Assembly: GCA_904063045.1 (NCBI GenBank)
Contig: CAJFCJ010000003.1
Location: forward strand, 2,714,504-2,778,503
Direction: 5' to 3'
DNA: 64,000 bases
Source of the DNA: Dimorphilus gyrociliatus
Lineage: Eukaryota; Animalia; Annelida
In this document: positions 1-13,192 of the stretch, piece after piece
Layout: every line of letters begins with the position of its first letter
Position numbering within the stretch: the first letter of the stretch is position 1
Translations under genes and position numbers: made by a program
The notes under the pieces: model-generated
Told to the model about the DNA's origin: nothing
Databases searched by the model: none
Seen by the model: the letters and a program-made list of their open reading frames with translations, nothing else

Positions 1-1748
1 TTAATTAAAGTTTATATTTAATTACTTAGTTAATTAAAAACAGCTTTCATTTGGCACATTCTGTTTTTTCATTTTAATACAAAGCTGTATAATTAATTTT
101 GATTTCTTTCTATAGATTCTTTTACTATAATCAAAAGATGCTCTCACACCCAAAAATCCAATAAACATCTGCATAAATATAGCTCTAGAGGGGAAATACT
201 ATACAGTAAAAACTGAAACGATTATCGACTATAGATATTATAAATAACGAAATGGTATATATATTAAACTATCTTCAAGTTAAAATCACAGAGTAATCTT
301 AAGAATAAATTGGACCCGGTCTAACTTGTTAATAAATTACTAATTATCAGTAAAAGTTAATAAGAGGAGTTAATAGTCAATTAGTCAGCTAATTAAGGTT
401 AATTTATTCAACTGCCGTAATCTCATGGGAAGAGGGGAGAGGAGCAGCGGGTACATAGTGCAAGAAGGACGATATTTGTAGTAAAGTATTTTATTAACAC
501 ATTTTGACAAAAGTTGCAAAAGAGAGATAGAGTGGGAGAGAAAGAAACATTCGGAAATGGAAAGCAAAAGCGATCAATTCTAGTTAAAAGATGATTTATA
601 AGAAACGGCGTATGCAACTCGGTATTGTCATTAATTAATAGATTGCACTGAAATCATTGACGAACACTCGACGTATCGATAACATTTACGCTAGACGCCA
701 TCGATCATGACGAGAAACGCTGAGGGGGGGAGGGGGAATATTTTTACAACGTTCTCTCTTCTTCTATGCGTTTTTCCTTCGTTTTATGTCGTCTTTGCCT
801 ATTTTCTATTATTTTGTTTTTGCTTGGACCTTTTTATCATAGGCAAAACAACACCAAAGACAAACGCCTGGAGTAAATTATCAAAAGGCTAATATCGGGC
901 GTCTACCGACAACGCTTTTGAAGTTCTCTTAGAGAAGTTTATGAAGCGTAGGCGGTCGGTTAATTCTAATGTAATACGATTTGAGAAGAAAGTGAAATGT
1001 TTACATTTCGGCACCTGGAGGTTACCATAGAGTCTTTTCCAAAATGTTCTACTTCTAAAACAGTACGGTATACTTATAACTTATAATGCCAAAGTAGTTG
1101 AATAAAAAAAAACTCTGTCTAATCTCGTTTCTTTCTCTTCGCCTTATTGAGATCCGCTTCATACGCAAACAGTTTTTACCTGCGTTAATAGGTATACTTA
1201 ATATGCAAATTAACCGCAGGCTTTACCCATTAATATAAAGTGAACAAGAGATTTTTTTTGTTTTCTATATCATTCATTCAGTAAAAAATTTTCAAGTTTT
1301 GTTGTTGTTGTTTTTTTCCCCAATTATCATTTGACTTTCCCAAAAAGTGATAAAGTTATTCTTAACGTGACGAAATCATAGGGAAAAAAATTTCTTGAAT
1401 TCGCAAATTTTCTGTTCCGTTTGAAAAATTAGACGCCTTTATTTAATTATTAATACTGCACTTGACACTGCTAATATTTTATTGGGATTTTATAATGAAT
1501 TGTAATTAGAGTAGTTTGCTGTTACTTGACAAACACTTTCCTATTTTTCAATGTATATATAATGTGTATATTTTGATTATCTTTCTTTACAATACATATA
1601 TAAATATATACTAATAATATATACTATACGAAGTTTGTTTGATTATTTGAAAAATGAAATATAAAACCTTGTAATTGGCATTGATCGAGTACTAAAAAAA
1701 CTTCCAGTTGAAAGGTTATGACCCTTTTTCTATTCCTAGTGCTGTACA

Positions 1749-1751
<3 letters not shown>

Positions 1752-1788
<37 letters not shown>
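1752..1788. repeat. (TA)n microsatellite
   Basis: Direct read. Similar TA tracts at ~5570-5620, 11497-11540, 22352-22385, 23761-23805, 58894-58921, 61335-61378 and 63657-63686. Confidence 0.95.
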
Positions 1789-1791
<3 letters not shown>

Positions 1792-4700
1792 TTTAAATTA
1801 AGATAAAAGATATCTGTATGCCGATACAATATAAATGTATTCATTCTGAAATTAACCAAGTTAATTTACCTTGATAAATTGCTTATAATTCAATATTCCC
1901 TCTCACAATTTCTATTTCTATCTCTTTCCTCAGTCTTTCCAATACTCTATATTGCTTATTTTTATGGAAAATATTCTATAGAATGGTTGGTTTCTTTTAA
2001 AGAAAAATAAAGAATATGAAAAAAAAATAATGCTTTTGGCTAAATTATCAAAAATTGATAAGTGTCTTCTTCGTTTGCCTTTATAACCCCACGAATTAAT
2101 TCCATTAAATTCTCAATAGACTATTTGGACATTTCCTAAAGTAGGATATAATTTTAGAATTTACGTTTCAAGTGTTGAATTATTTATTATTTAAAGAAGA
2201 TTCAAAAGAATTAAAAAGGTTCCCATCTTTACTCTTTCTAACTGTCTCATAAATAAACTTTTTTATAGTTGTAGGGCGACGTCTAATGTCTATTGACAAT
2301 TAATATTTGTAATAAAAGGTTACGACGCCCAAATGTGTAAAAGAAAAAGTTGTAATAGTGCAAAAATTTGACGTTTCGTCATCTTTCTCATTTTTTTTAC
2401 TCACGACAAACAATAGAAAAGCGGGGAAACCGATTTATCAACAAGATGAAAAGCACGTCACTAGATGAATGAGAACGATATCTTGGAAAGAAGCTGCTGC
2501 CTGCAAGCCTTGCCTAAACCATCCTAACGAGGCTGATCGAGGCACGTGACAAACTAGCATACAAAGGAATAGCAAAATAGGATGGAAAGTGAGAGAAGTG
2601 TGGGATGAGAGGTTTAACGATTCAGGAAAAGAAATCTTACTTTATCAGAGTTTTAATAATCGGACGTGTGTTAAAGGGCGGACTGTTGGTGAATTAGGCA
2701 GCATTCTTTAGCTAACCGAATCTATTTGCCGCGGACGACAAAGCTTATAAATGTCAGGCGCTAATGAGTTGACGTCTTGATATTTAAAGTCATAAAAATA
2801 ACAGCAAAGCCCCAACTGCATCCAGAATATTTTATTCTCTCTCTCCCCCTTTCAACCTTATCCTTCAACCTAATCGTCTACTTTATAAACTACTAAAGAA
2901 AATTTTTCCTATGTTTCCTCTATATCTTGAGAAATTCAACCATAAAAAAATAAAATTTACATTCTCTTCTTCTCTCATTCCCCTCTATCTTGCCATCAAT
3001 TTAGTCCATTTTTTTATACTTTATCTTCTCATTCAATTTACTTCCGATTGATAATAAAAAAAAGAAGACTATAGTGGAAAATCAAAGAGATAAAGGAAAT
3101 TTGAAGAATAAGGAGTCAGGAACGGGCGAAGGGGTGAGATGTAGGAGCGTAAAATAAAAAAAGAATAACTGTAGTTTATAGGCTTACCGTAAAAAAAAAA
3201 GGAAAAAAAAAGGGGAATCCCTCTCCATCCTTTTCCAAACTAATACTGAAAGATTGCATAGTTACACACTGAAATCCGTTTTTGTCGGTTACTGTCGTAC
3301 AGTCTTATTATTAGTTGAACAAACTTGGATGGCACATTTCCAAAAAAAAGAAAATGGCCTATGCTTCTCAGTCAAGTGAGAAAATTTGATTCACAATTAC
3401 ATCATATTCAAAATAAAGAGGTCAAAGCAATCTTTAAAAAACTATCGATAATTCTCTTCCCCTTCCAAGCTTACTAATGAATACGATATATACTTACGTA
3501 GTATAATTGGACATAGATCGTAATTCTTTTTTTCTGCTTTTTTTTTTTAATAGATTGAGAATTTCGTCCCTTGGCTTTCTGGATTTCGAAACATTGAATA
3601 AGTAAATTCCTTCCCATCAATGGCATAAATTATGAGTTTTGTTGCTTTTAAGGTTTTAGGCCTACAACTGGTACAGGTATTTATATGAAATCGATAAGGG
3701 AATGAAAATTCGACCTACCCTCCCTTTCCCCAGTCGCGTGCTGTGGCAAGATTTATAAAGAGAAAAGTTGGGACCTAGGGGAATTTTGGTAGCGCTATTG
3801 GAGGACAAAAACTATTCTTTTCCCACCAACCACCTGACCGTGTCGACGGTGTTACTCTGTGACATTTTACTGAAATCTTAGTACACAATTGATTCTCTTT
3901 TAAGTAATTTTTCATATATGATAATAGTCTCCGTTCGATTTCATTACGAAAAAGATTTCTATAAAATTAAAGATGAAAAGGAACGTCAAAGAGTGAAGAA
4001 TGTAAAAGCAACTTCTATTTCTCAGATGATGATCATTTTTATATGAAAAAAATGACTGTAAATGATATGGAATATAAATGTATTTTGAAGAAATAGAAGA
4101 ATGTAGACTATAGCAGATTGAATTGAGGATAAAAGCGTTAACTCATATGTTAAATGCTTGAACAGTATTTAAAAAAAAATTAGATTCCAAAGCGAATACA
4201 ATGATATCAACTGATCATTATTTCTAGTAAACACAGCTGTATTTGTTAAGCTGTCTGAGTCTTTATAATTTAAACGGTTTTTTTCATCGCCCGTTTTAAT
4301 GAAAAAACAACAAAGTGATGATAAGTTAATATTTTTTTTTTAAAAAAAACAAAAAAAACAACAAAATCGGGTCTAACCGACTGACAATTTAAAATTAGTC
4401 ACGTAGAACAGTTAATAATAATTTCTTGGAGCTGTATGAAACGTGCGTAATAGGCCTAAAACAAGCGATAACTTTCCGGGTATGAGTGACCTTGTAGCAT
4501 AAGTAGTGGTACCTTGGGGCAAAGAGGGATTTTTAGATTTCTCTTCTGAAGCGTGAGACTCCCTGTTTGCCAAATATGGCAACGGTATCCCAATATTATA
4601 TATATATATACTGTATATATAATTTGTCGTTCCTAGCTGCTAAGAATTAACCTAAAGTAAAAGACAAGTTCAAATTTTATAAATCAGCTAAAGTTGGTTC

Positions 4701-5578
4701 TTTTGTATTTCTTTGCGTTAGGGGAATAGTTTATTTTAGTTAAAGAAGATATGAGAGAAAACTGCATCGGTGCAATATTTCACACTTTTCCACTTTGATA
4801 ATAATTAAGAAAGGCACATCCAATGGCTTGTGACAACTTGTACAATCATATTCTAATCAATTCCATATTTTGTTTATTTTCTCTTTGTTTAAAATAAGTG
4901 ATAAAAAGCATTTCTTTTCAATCTGAATCGATTGAAAAATAGTACTTTTAAAGTCATTTGTACTATTTTACCCCTGTATAAACCTTCTCAAGGGCTGTTT
5001 CTCATATAATCTAGTACGATTCAATTACTTAGGAGGCAATAGCGCTACCTGATTATCTATAATTAAAGGGTGAGGGTATATTACAACGGTTCTTCCTCAC
5101 CTTTCATCGTCTATCTATGAATTCTTAAGGAATTTAGATGAACAACCTTTTAGTTCCACCCTATTCAGTTCTCGGTTAAATTGGGCGAGAGAGAAGGATC
5201 TACTGAGAAAAATTATAGATTTGGAATACCTTCTAGGAAAGATTTGGGATTTAATTAACTATTATCTGTGGGTTATTTTTCGTAAGCGGGTCAAATAGTC
5301 AATAAATAAATAATGTACACATATGATTTATTCAGGCTTTAAAACAAACAACTTTTCCCTTTGGTACTTTTTTCATATAAAAACTTGCTGTTGGTTTGTA
5401 TGTTTTTTAAGTAAGGAGGTAGAGAGAGTAAAGAAACGTTTAAACGTATTATTTCCCCTTTTCATATAGCATTAAATAAAAGGAAAAGGTGGTAATTTAT
5501 GTTTTCATCCTTCAGGCCCAACAAATCTAACAATCTAAAGAAGATTCGATTGAGTACTTTATAAAAAATCTATATACA

Positions 5579-5609
<31 letters not shown>

Positions 5610-6579
5610 GCTATATATGTATAAATAGAGACATCTTCCCCGCCCTTCCCTCCTATTCTTCCATATATATTTGTTATAATTAATTTCATACAAGAAAACT
5701 GAATTATCTCCACTCTATAATAAAAAAAGAGTGTTCAATATTTTGTATTGAACATATAGATATATGTATATAGTATATATTTCTCTTTTGAAAAACAAAG
5801 AGAGATAGAGACAGAGAGACAGAGAGAGAAAAGAAGATTGTATTAATTTTATAATATCAAAAATCATAAGTAAATAATCAAGTTCTTTTTGATCTTCTTT
5901 AAACGGAATAATAAAATAAACTGTCAATTCTATTATTTCAGCCTGAGAGCTTCAAAATTACATTTTGTTCAGCCTTATTAAACATGTATAAGATTATTGC
6001 TTTTTAACAGTATTACTTTTCTATTTCCTTTTTTTTACTTAATATTTGTACTATTACTTTAATGAAGATTTTCCCAAAAGAATCTTCTAACTGTTTAAAA
6101 AAGTTCACTCAGCTTTATTAAAGGTAAAAGGAAATATTCACGCTGTTAAAATAGATATTGTATTAGATACTCGACTATCTAAATATGATACTATATATAT
6201 AAATATATATATATTTGTATATAATTTACTTATAAACTCTTTCATTAGATTGTAATACAGCCGAGAGAAAGAAACGTAAAAGAAATATTCGGGATATAAC
6301 GAGGCGCAGCTGTCGAACGGGAAATGAAGACAGTCACCAGAATTGAACGCCTTTCGGCCATAGTCTCAGCTTATATCGATTAGGGGATAGTATAAAAGGT
6401 TTTAAATGAAAAGAAGTATATTTTAACTTGTAACGAAGATAATGTTAATTAAATTTAATTGATTTTATTTTATTTCACTTTTCATAGTTTGCTTATTATT
6501 ATATGGACTTTGGATTACTTAATCTATATTTAAAAATTGGGTAGATGTATAATTATTCTATGGCAGAAGGGAAAAAATA

Positions 6580-6911
6580 TTCTGATCGACCTTCACCCTT
6601 CAACCATCCATCGATTGTTAGCTAACTCTATCACGCATTACTGGCGCGAAACGGCGCCAACGGCGAATTATTCCATCTCCAACCATTTTTTACCGAGTCC
6701 TAGCACGTCCAAAGAAAAGGAAAGGGACGTTCAATAACGGGAACGTCCGTCGAATATTGTATGAGTCTAATTTTTTCCGCTCGTTCTTTCAATCGTCAAT
6801 GACGTCACAGCGGTTTGTTGCTTTCTAATATACAATTCTTTAGATAGAAGTTAACATTTAACTCCTTCCTCTATTTCTATCATCCTTTCCCTTATTGTTT
6901 TATCAATCTAA

Positions 6912-6947
<36 letters not shown>

Positions 6948-6990
6948 CGCTGCTCAACAAAGTAAAACTCACGTCAGTACTTCAAAGTCG
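6580..6990. promoter_or_regulatory. CpG-richer promoter-like island with CRE
   Basis: Locally CG-rich; perfect TGACGTCA at 6800-6807; (CT)n tract 6914-6944; TCAGT initiator-like sequence near 6975. Confidence 0.35.
6914..6944. repeat. (CT)n microsatellite
   Basis: Direct read. Confidence 0.95.
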
Positions 6991-9900
6991 AGAATGTTGA
7001 AAGAAGAAAAAACTGCTACTAAAAATAGTTTAGGGATATAAAAGAACCGTCTACTTGTTAAAAACTTAATTGAAACAAAGCTAAGGAGGAAACGGGTGTT
7101 TATTTTCTCCAAGTCTGATAGATTTTCAAAGTTTTTTTCTATTAAAAGATAAAAGTAGGTAAAAAAAAATGTCAAAAAAAAACAAACTAAATGACAAACT
7201 AAAGCTTAAATTAAGCATATTTCCGTTTTTATAAATATTGTTACATAAACAATAGGAGTAAAAGCCTCTGCGCATTCTTTATATGTGGAGCAAATATCTT
7301 AAATTTTTTTATTTACATACTTATATACATGAATAAATACTTTATATAGATATTCGTAATACTTTTATATATTAATGAATACAATATATATTTTTCTATT
7401 AAGTATACTTTACTGATACCTATATTGAAGTGTTTTTTTTATATAAATATATGTATATAGGCCTAAAGATATTTTGTCTTTTACGGGATGTTTACTATAC
7501 CGAGGCGATCCCGCTTCCCGCTTCAACGAGTTTCACTTTAAGAGTTACTGGTTAAATGATACTGACTTTGCTGATTTTTTTATTTTTTGCTTTTTTTTGT
7601 ATAACGTCGAAAAGTAACAATTTGGTTCTATGCTACACTTCTTGACGTTTTTTTACATCGTGCTCTGCATTTTAAGATAAAGTTAACTAGACGTCCGTTA
7701 CGCCAATTGAAAACTACATGGTATTGCAGAAGTTTCTTTATGTTTGGAATAGAATAACTTAAAACAACAATAAATTCGAAAATATCTTTAAAATATCTAC
7801 AATTCTATAATAATCCATTCCTAGAATAGAAATGCACTATGGTTTTCACTTACAATTTTCACATATAGTATATACTTTGAGTTGAGCATAAATACGGCGT
7901 CACTTTTCTCAGTTTTCCGTTTTGTGGAAATTAATTTCAGAGATTATTTTCCTTATTAAGAGGGAAATTTTTCCATCGATTTAGCGTTACAACCGACTGT
8001 ATGCCTTTCCAATTTAAGTAAATTAAGTACTGAAGCTTTACACTTACGCATGGCGACGTAGTAAAAGGGTGATGCTTCAGGCTATGTTTGCAAGAGCTGT
8101 TGTTCTACATAAAATATACTAGACAATTTACACTAAATACATCAGCTTTTTTTTACCTTCTAGCTATGTCAATCATACCTATTATTTATAGAGTTAATTA
8201 TGTCTTTCAAGATATAAATATTTCGCTGAGGTTATCTCATCTATTCAAAAGTTTAATGTCTATTGTTGATGTCAAAAATTTTCTATCTCCTCCTTCTCCT
8301 CCGCCTCTTCATCTTCTTCCTATCCCATGTGTCCAACAAACTCTCTCTAATTATTTTCTATATACATTAACATATACATAAATACCATACACAAGTTACT
8401 GTATGTGCTTATCTAAAGAAAAATGGTTTTAAACAAATATCGCTTCCTCTTTCTCTCTTTATTATTACATTATAACAATGATTTATTCACTTAGTATACT
8501 TGTAGGAAATGTCAGAGATTTAATTAGCAATATTAAGTTTATTAAGCCAAGATAAAAAAAGAGGGAAAAAACTTGCCTCATTTATTTTTAATAAAAAAAA
8601 CTATTCTAAATAACTTTCTTCTCTATTAATTATTTAATTTGTATATTTTTAAATGTTAATTTACATATTTTATTCAAAGATAACAAAGAAAATCCAAGTT
8701 TCATTCTCTTTGTCTTCGACTTTCTTATTAAACATACTTTTGACTAGTTAATCTTATCAAATAATAAGCGTAAGGTGATTAACTTTTATAATTCTCTTAC
8801 TTACTTTCTCTATCTGTCTATCTTTTCCCTTCTCTTTCTTTCTTTCTATTTCTACCTTAAAAGTATAGGAAATAATCCAAACATTGTATGTGAAAAGAGA
8901 ATGCGAAAGATTTTGAGGCGTAAAGTTAAAAAGGGATAATATGGTGTTAAAGGTAAAAGAGGGAAGGGTTTTGTGTTTGAAATCAGCGCTAATGTATAAT
9001 GCTTTTAAAAGTGGCAGGGAGATAAAGCAATGGTTATATATAGTTCGACGGTAATACTGAAAGATAGATACGTAATTTCTTTAAGAGTATAAATAAAAAG
9101 TTTTTATAAAAGCGCCATATCAGAGGAAATTATTTAGGCTGATCAATTAAAAAATATACAAGGGCATAGGAAGAAAATTTACATGGTAATCATACGTTCT
9201 TTCCTCCAAGAGATTTACTGTCTTTACATATACATACAAGGAATAAACGTTGACCGTTTTAGGCAATTACCTCTGCGACACAGCAGCAAGTATCATCTAC
9301 ATGGGCCTATAGCTAAGGGATGAATAATAAATAACCAGGATTGGACACTAATAGTACAACAAGCGTCATTGGAGACTGCTCCTAAAGAGAGACGTCTAGC
9401 GTTCTTGTAATGAGCTAATCAAACTCGCCATATAATACGACCTGGAATAATTATCTGGCGTCGAAAATTGCGATTAACAACCGCAATTTCACGAAGACCT
9501 ATACCAGCCTTGCCTTTGACAAACTTTTGCATAAAAATAGACTAAATACCATAGAAAAACCAAATTTATAATACAGAAACGCCAAATTAATATAACTCAA
9601 ATTAATATAAGAATGGTATATAGAATGTATGTATAAGAGAGTAATCACGCAAACGAAATAGGTAAAACAAATACGTAAAACCGTCGCAAACATTACTACG
9701 AAAACAAAAAATGATGTCATAACACTCACCCAACTAAATTCTTATCTTTTCAGCTTCTTCTTCCTGAAAAATTCCTTTTCTCCTATTCCAGCGAGCCTGT
9801 TATAATTTAATGCTTGAATTATAAAGTATATAAATAATAAGATTATTAGAAGTATACTGTATTTTGCTAAGGGGAAAGGGGTAAAACAATCGCAATGATT

Positions 9901-11495
9901 CGTCTTAAATGACAAACAGGTGTTTAGTTGCAACGAATCGTTATAAAGTATCTAACTTCAATAGGATTTATCGAAAAATAAGACATTTATGATTACTTAC
10001 TAACCTATCTAACATTCCTTTCCAATGGTCCTTGCGTTAACCAATCCAAAAGTATTCTTAAACTCGCCAAACTGGCTCTGAAAGTCTTAATTCTTTGATT
10101 CTTTTGCACTAAGCTCGTGTTAGCTTATACCTTTAGCTAAGCACTTGCTTACTACATCTACTAGACATAACATAATAAACAAAAAAAATTCGATACAAGT
10201 ACAAGAGTCAAATATTATATCAAGAGAAGCAGAGACCTTGAACCATATATACATATATATATATATATATATTAATTGCTTTACACTTGTAGATTATATA
10301 ATATACACACATTATACAAATATGTATGTAGGTACCTATGGATTTCAAAGAGAAATACTCAGCATATGTTTTACTTTATTTAAATAGATAAAATAAATAT
10401 ATAAAATATGTAATTAAATAATAACCCTAAGGACAACCGCAAACCATATCGAATAACGATTAGAGGAGTAACTTATACATCCTATCCTGCAATTTGTAAA
10501 GGAATACCTTATTAACACTTCGAACAGCGTATGATCACAAGTCTATTATTAAATACTGAAATTATATGTTCCATTTCATAAATACCTCATGTAAATCAAA
10601 CAGACAATAGATTGATTACGCAATAAAAACTGCACTGGAGGAAAATATAGATATGTATTCTTGTGTATAGAATATACAGTATACACTATATATATATGTA
10701 GTATATACATTAAATGGTACTTCATTTATGCTTAGCCATTAATTTTTTTCCAACAGATCCCTCCTTTACTTTACTTTATATGAGAGATAAACTTGACAAA
10801 CAGCTATGAAAAGCTTCACTTCTATGGTTCTTTGTGCTCAAATCGTGCTGTCCACAGTTGTATTAATAGCATTTACTACAACTCCCCTTGTACCTCCTTC
10901 ATCTCCCTCCCCTCCCAACCCCTCAAATTATGGGAAAGTTAATTAATTTCTTATGAAACTAGCAGTTTTTACAGAATACAGAGAAAAAATCAAATGTTAA
11001 ATAGGCGAAAACCGGCAATTAACCCATTTGTCAAGATGGTTAAGATTTTTCCTGCTACGTTAATTTTTAATATAAAACAACTCAAGAATGACGTGGCCCA
11101 AATTTTCTAGCTAATTTTAAATATTAATATTTCGCCTAAGACGATTAATTTATATAATGTCTTGAAAAAATTTATCTAGGTCAAAATGTTTGTCGTGTAT
11201 TCAAATTATTCCAAGTAACTTAGCTATGTACCTTGAATTTAGTTTTTTTCACTCATGGGTATAATTCACAGCTCGACTAATTGACGCATTTATCTCTTCC
11301 CATGTAACCTGCAGATTTATTTCCTAGTTTTATTCTGTCTATTATCCACTTAATTTGGCAAGAGATACAGATTTATTACTTTTCTATTTTGATTTCCTAC
11401 CTTTCTTGCTTTTTTTGGCTAATCTAATTAATGGAAGAAATAAACAAGGATTTTATATAAAGAAATTACAGACTGCTTCTGTCTAAATGCAGTTC

Positions 11496-11529
<34 letters not shown>

Positions 11530-11819
11530 ATGTATGTATAGAAATTTCTCTGCTTGTTTTCTCTTTTTGTTGAATACTACATTGGTTTAATTAACATCAG
11601 GCGTTAAAAACTATATTTAAACTATCTACAGACCGAATATATGCAACTTTTAATCTACAATGACGTCGATAAATATAAATATAAGAAAAACTAATTTACA
11701 ATTGTAAAATTGTTATAAATAATAATCGGAAAAACAAAATCACAACATGTAAATTGTTTGTCAGATTGCGGAATTACAATAGAAATGGTTTTTCCATGTA
11801 TTCCATAATTGACATGCTC

Positions 11820-12180
11820 TAAGAACTCACCTTCTCGAATCGAGGGTCAAAGTTCAAGCGTTAGTGTCCCACGTGGGGTGGTCCTCAATTACACAAATCG
11901 CTAGAGGTTTAAGGAGAATATCGATAATAATCCATTTATAGTTAATCCAAAGTTTTTTTTAGCTTGTCGTGAAACTTACTGTTGAAACACTGATGAAATA
12001 CAAAAAAAAGAGACGCTTTATTGCAACGTTCTTTTAAGGACGACGGAACGCAGTCGTACTGAGCAAAAGCACCGTTTATCAACTCGCCGTCTGGCGGCAT
12101 TCATTGGCTCAATGCTCAAGACACGTGACTCGATTATTTGAGCCTATAGCTGAGGGATTGGTTGAGAAGAGGGTGTCAAA
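11820..12180 (-). promoter_or_regulatory. Putative promoter/enhancer module
   Basis: DR1 GGGTCA-A-AGTTCA (11844-11856); palindrome CCCACGTGGG (11868-11877); TAATCC x2 (11928, 11943); minus-strand CCAAT boxes (~12103, ~12157); CACGTGAC (12122); minus-strand donor AAG|gtgagt near 11831. Motif matches only. Confidence 0.4.
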
Positions 12181-13192
12181 TACTAGGGTATATTTGCCTT
12201 AGAATCTTTTTGACACGATGCTTTAAATAAAGTTACTATTGTCAAATAGATCTTGAAAGAATACCAATAGACATAAAAAGGAACCAAATAAAACCAACCA
12301 AGTATTTAATCTTAATGGTAATTTACCAAGATACTATAAATAAATATCATAAATATTCCAATTACGCTTATTTTATTACCCAAGCGTGTAAGTTAGGCAA
12401 TACGTATTAAGCATATAGCATCAATTCATGAAAATTCTAATGAAAACACTTTCAAAGAATCAGTAATTCGTATTTAAACTTTATGTAGCTATATTGTAAA
12501 TTTATCTATATATAAAATCCTTGATATACTGTATACATCGATTGATTCATTCTTGTTATACACTTTGTTTAGCTACACACAGATACATAGACATACTATG
12601 CACACCGTAAACAAGTGAAAAGTATGGAAAATACAATAAGATATAAAATCAAGGAATGTTAGATTAAGTTGAGAAGTTTTCGATGGTTGAGAAACTTATG
12701 TAATATCTACATATATATACTTGTATAACAAATATATTCAATGAATGGTATGAATACTACAGTGAATATTGTTGGATATTGTATAATTGATAGGGGAATT
12801 CTTGATGTTATAGATCATATATACAAATTTAGGTGAAAAGGTTAGATAACTTTCATAACTTGGAGTGTCTATGGAAATTTCGAGATGCTTACCATTGTAT
12901 ATATATTAATATATAGATTTATATGTATTCTTTTAACATCTAGAATATATTTTTTAATACAATTATTGCAAACATTTTATCTTTTTACTCATTTCTACAG
13001 CATAACTTTTAACTAATCATTACATTTTAATTAGCATCTACACCAATCAACAGTGAAAAAATAAAAATAAATACTTTGCAACTTTTCCGACTAGACACGA
13101 AAAAAATAATTAAAGAGAGAACTCATACTTTTCTCCTATTTAGCGAAGGATAGCTCCAACTATGATTTTACCCTAAACTGATTATTTTTCTT

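Noticed and set aside
1179-1220. Inverted repeat CCTGCGTTAA..TTAACCGCAGG around an octamer ATGCAAAT
   Set aside because: The stem is only about 11 bp and does not extend. Too short for a pre-miRNA, and no snRNA follows.
3254-3275. miR-153-like seed (TTGCATAGT..)
   Set aside because: The 3' half diverges and no complementary arm for a precursor hairpin is present nearby.
385-10387. Short ORFs in the track within 1-10.4 kb (60-97 aa)
   Set aside because: Low-complexity F/L/I/Y-rich translations typical of AT-rich non-coding DNA and microsatellites, with no recognisable motifs.
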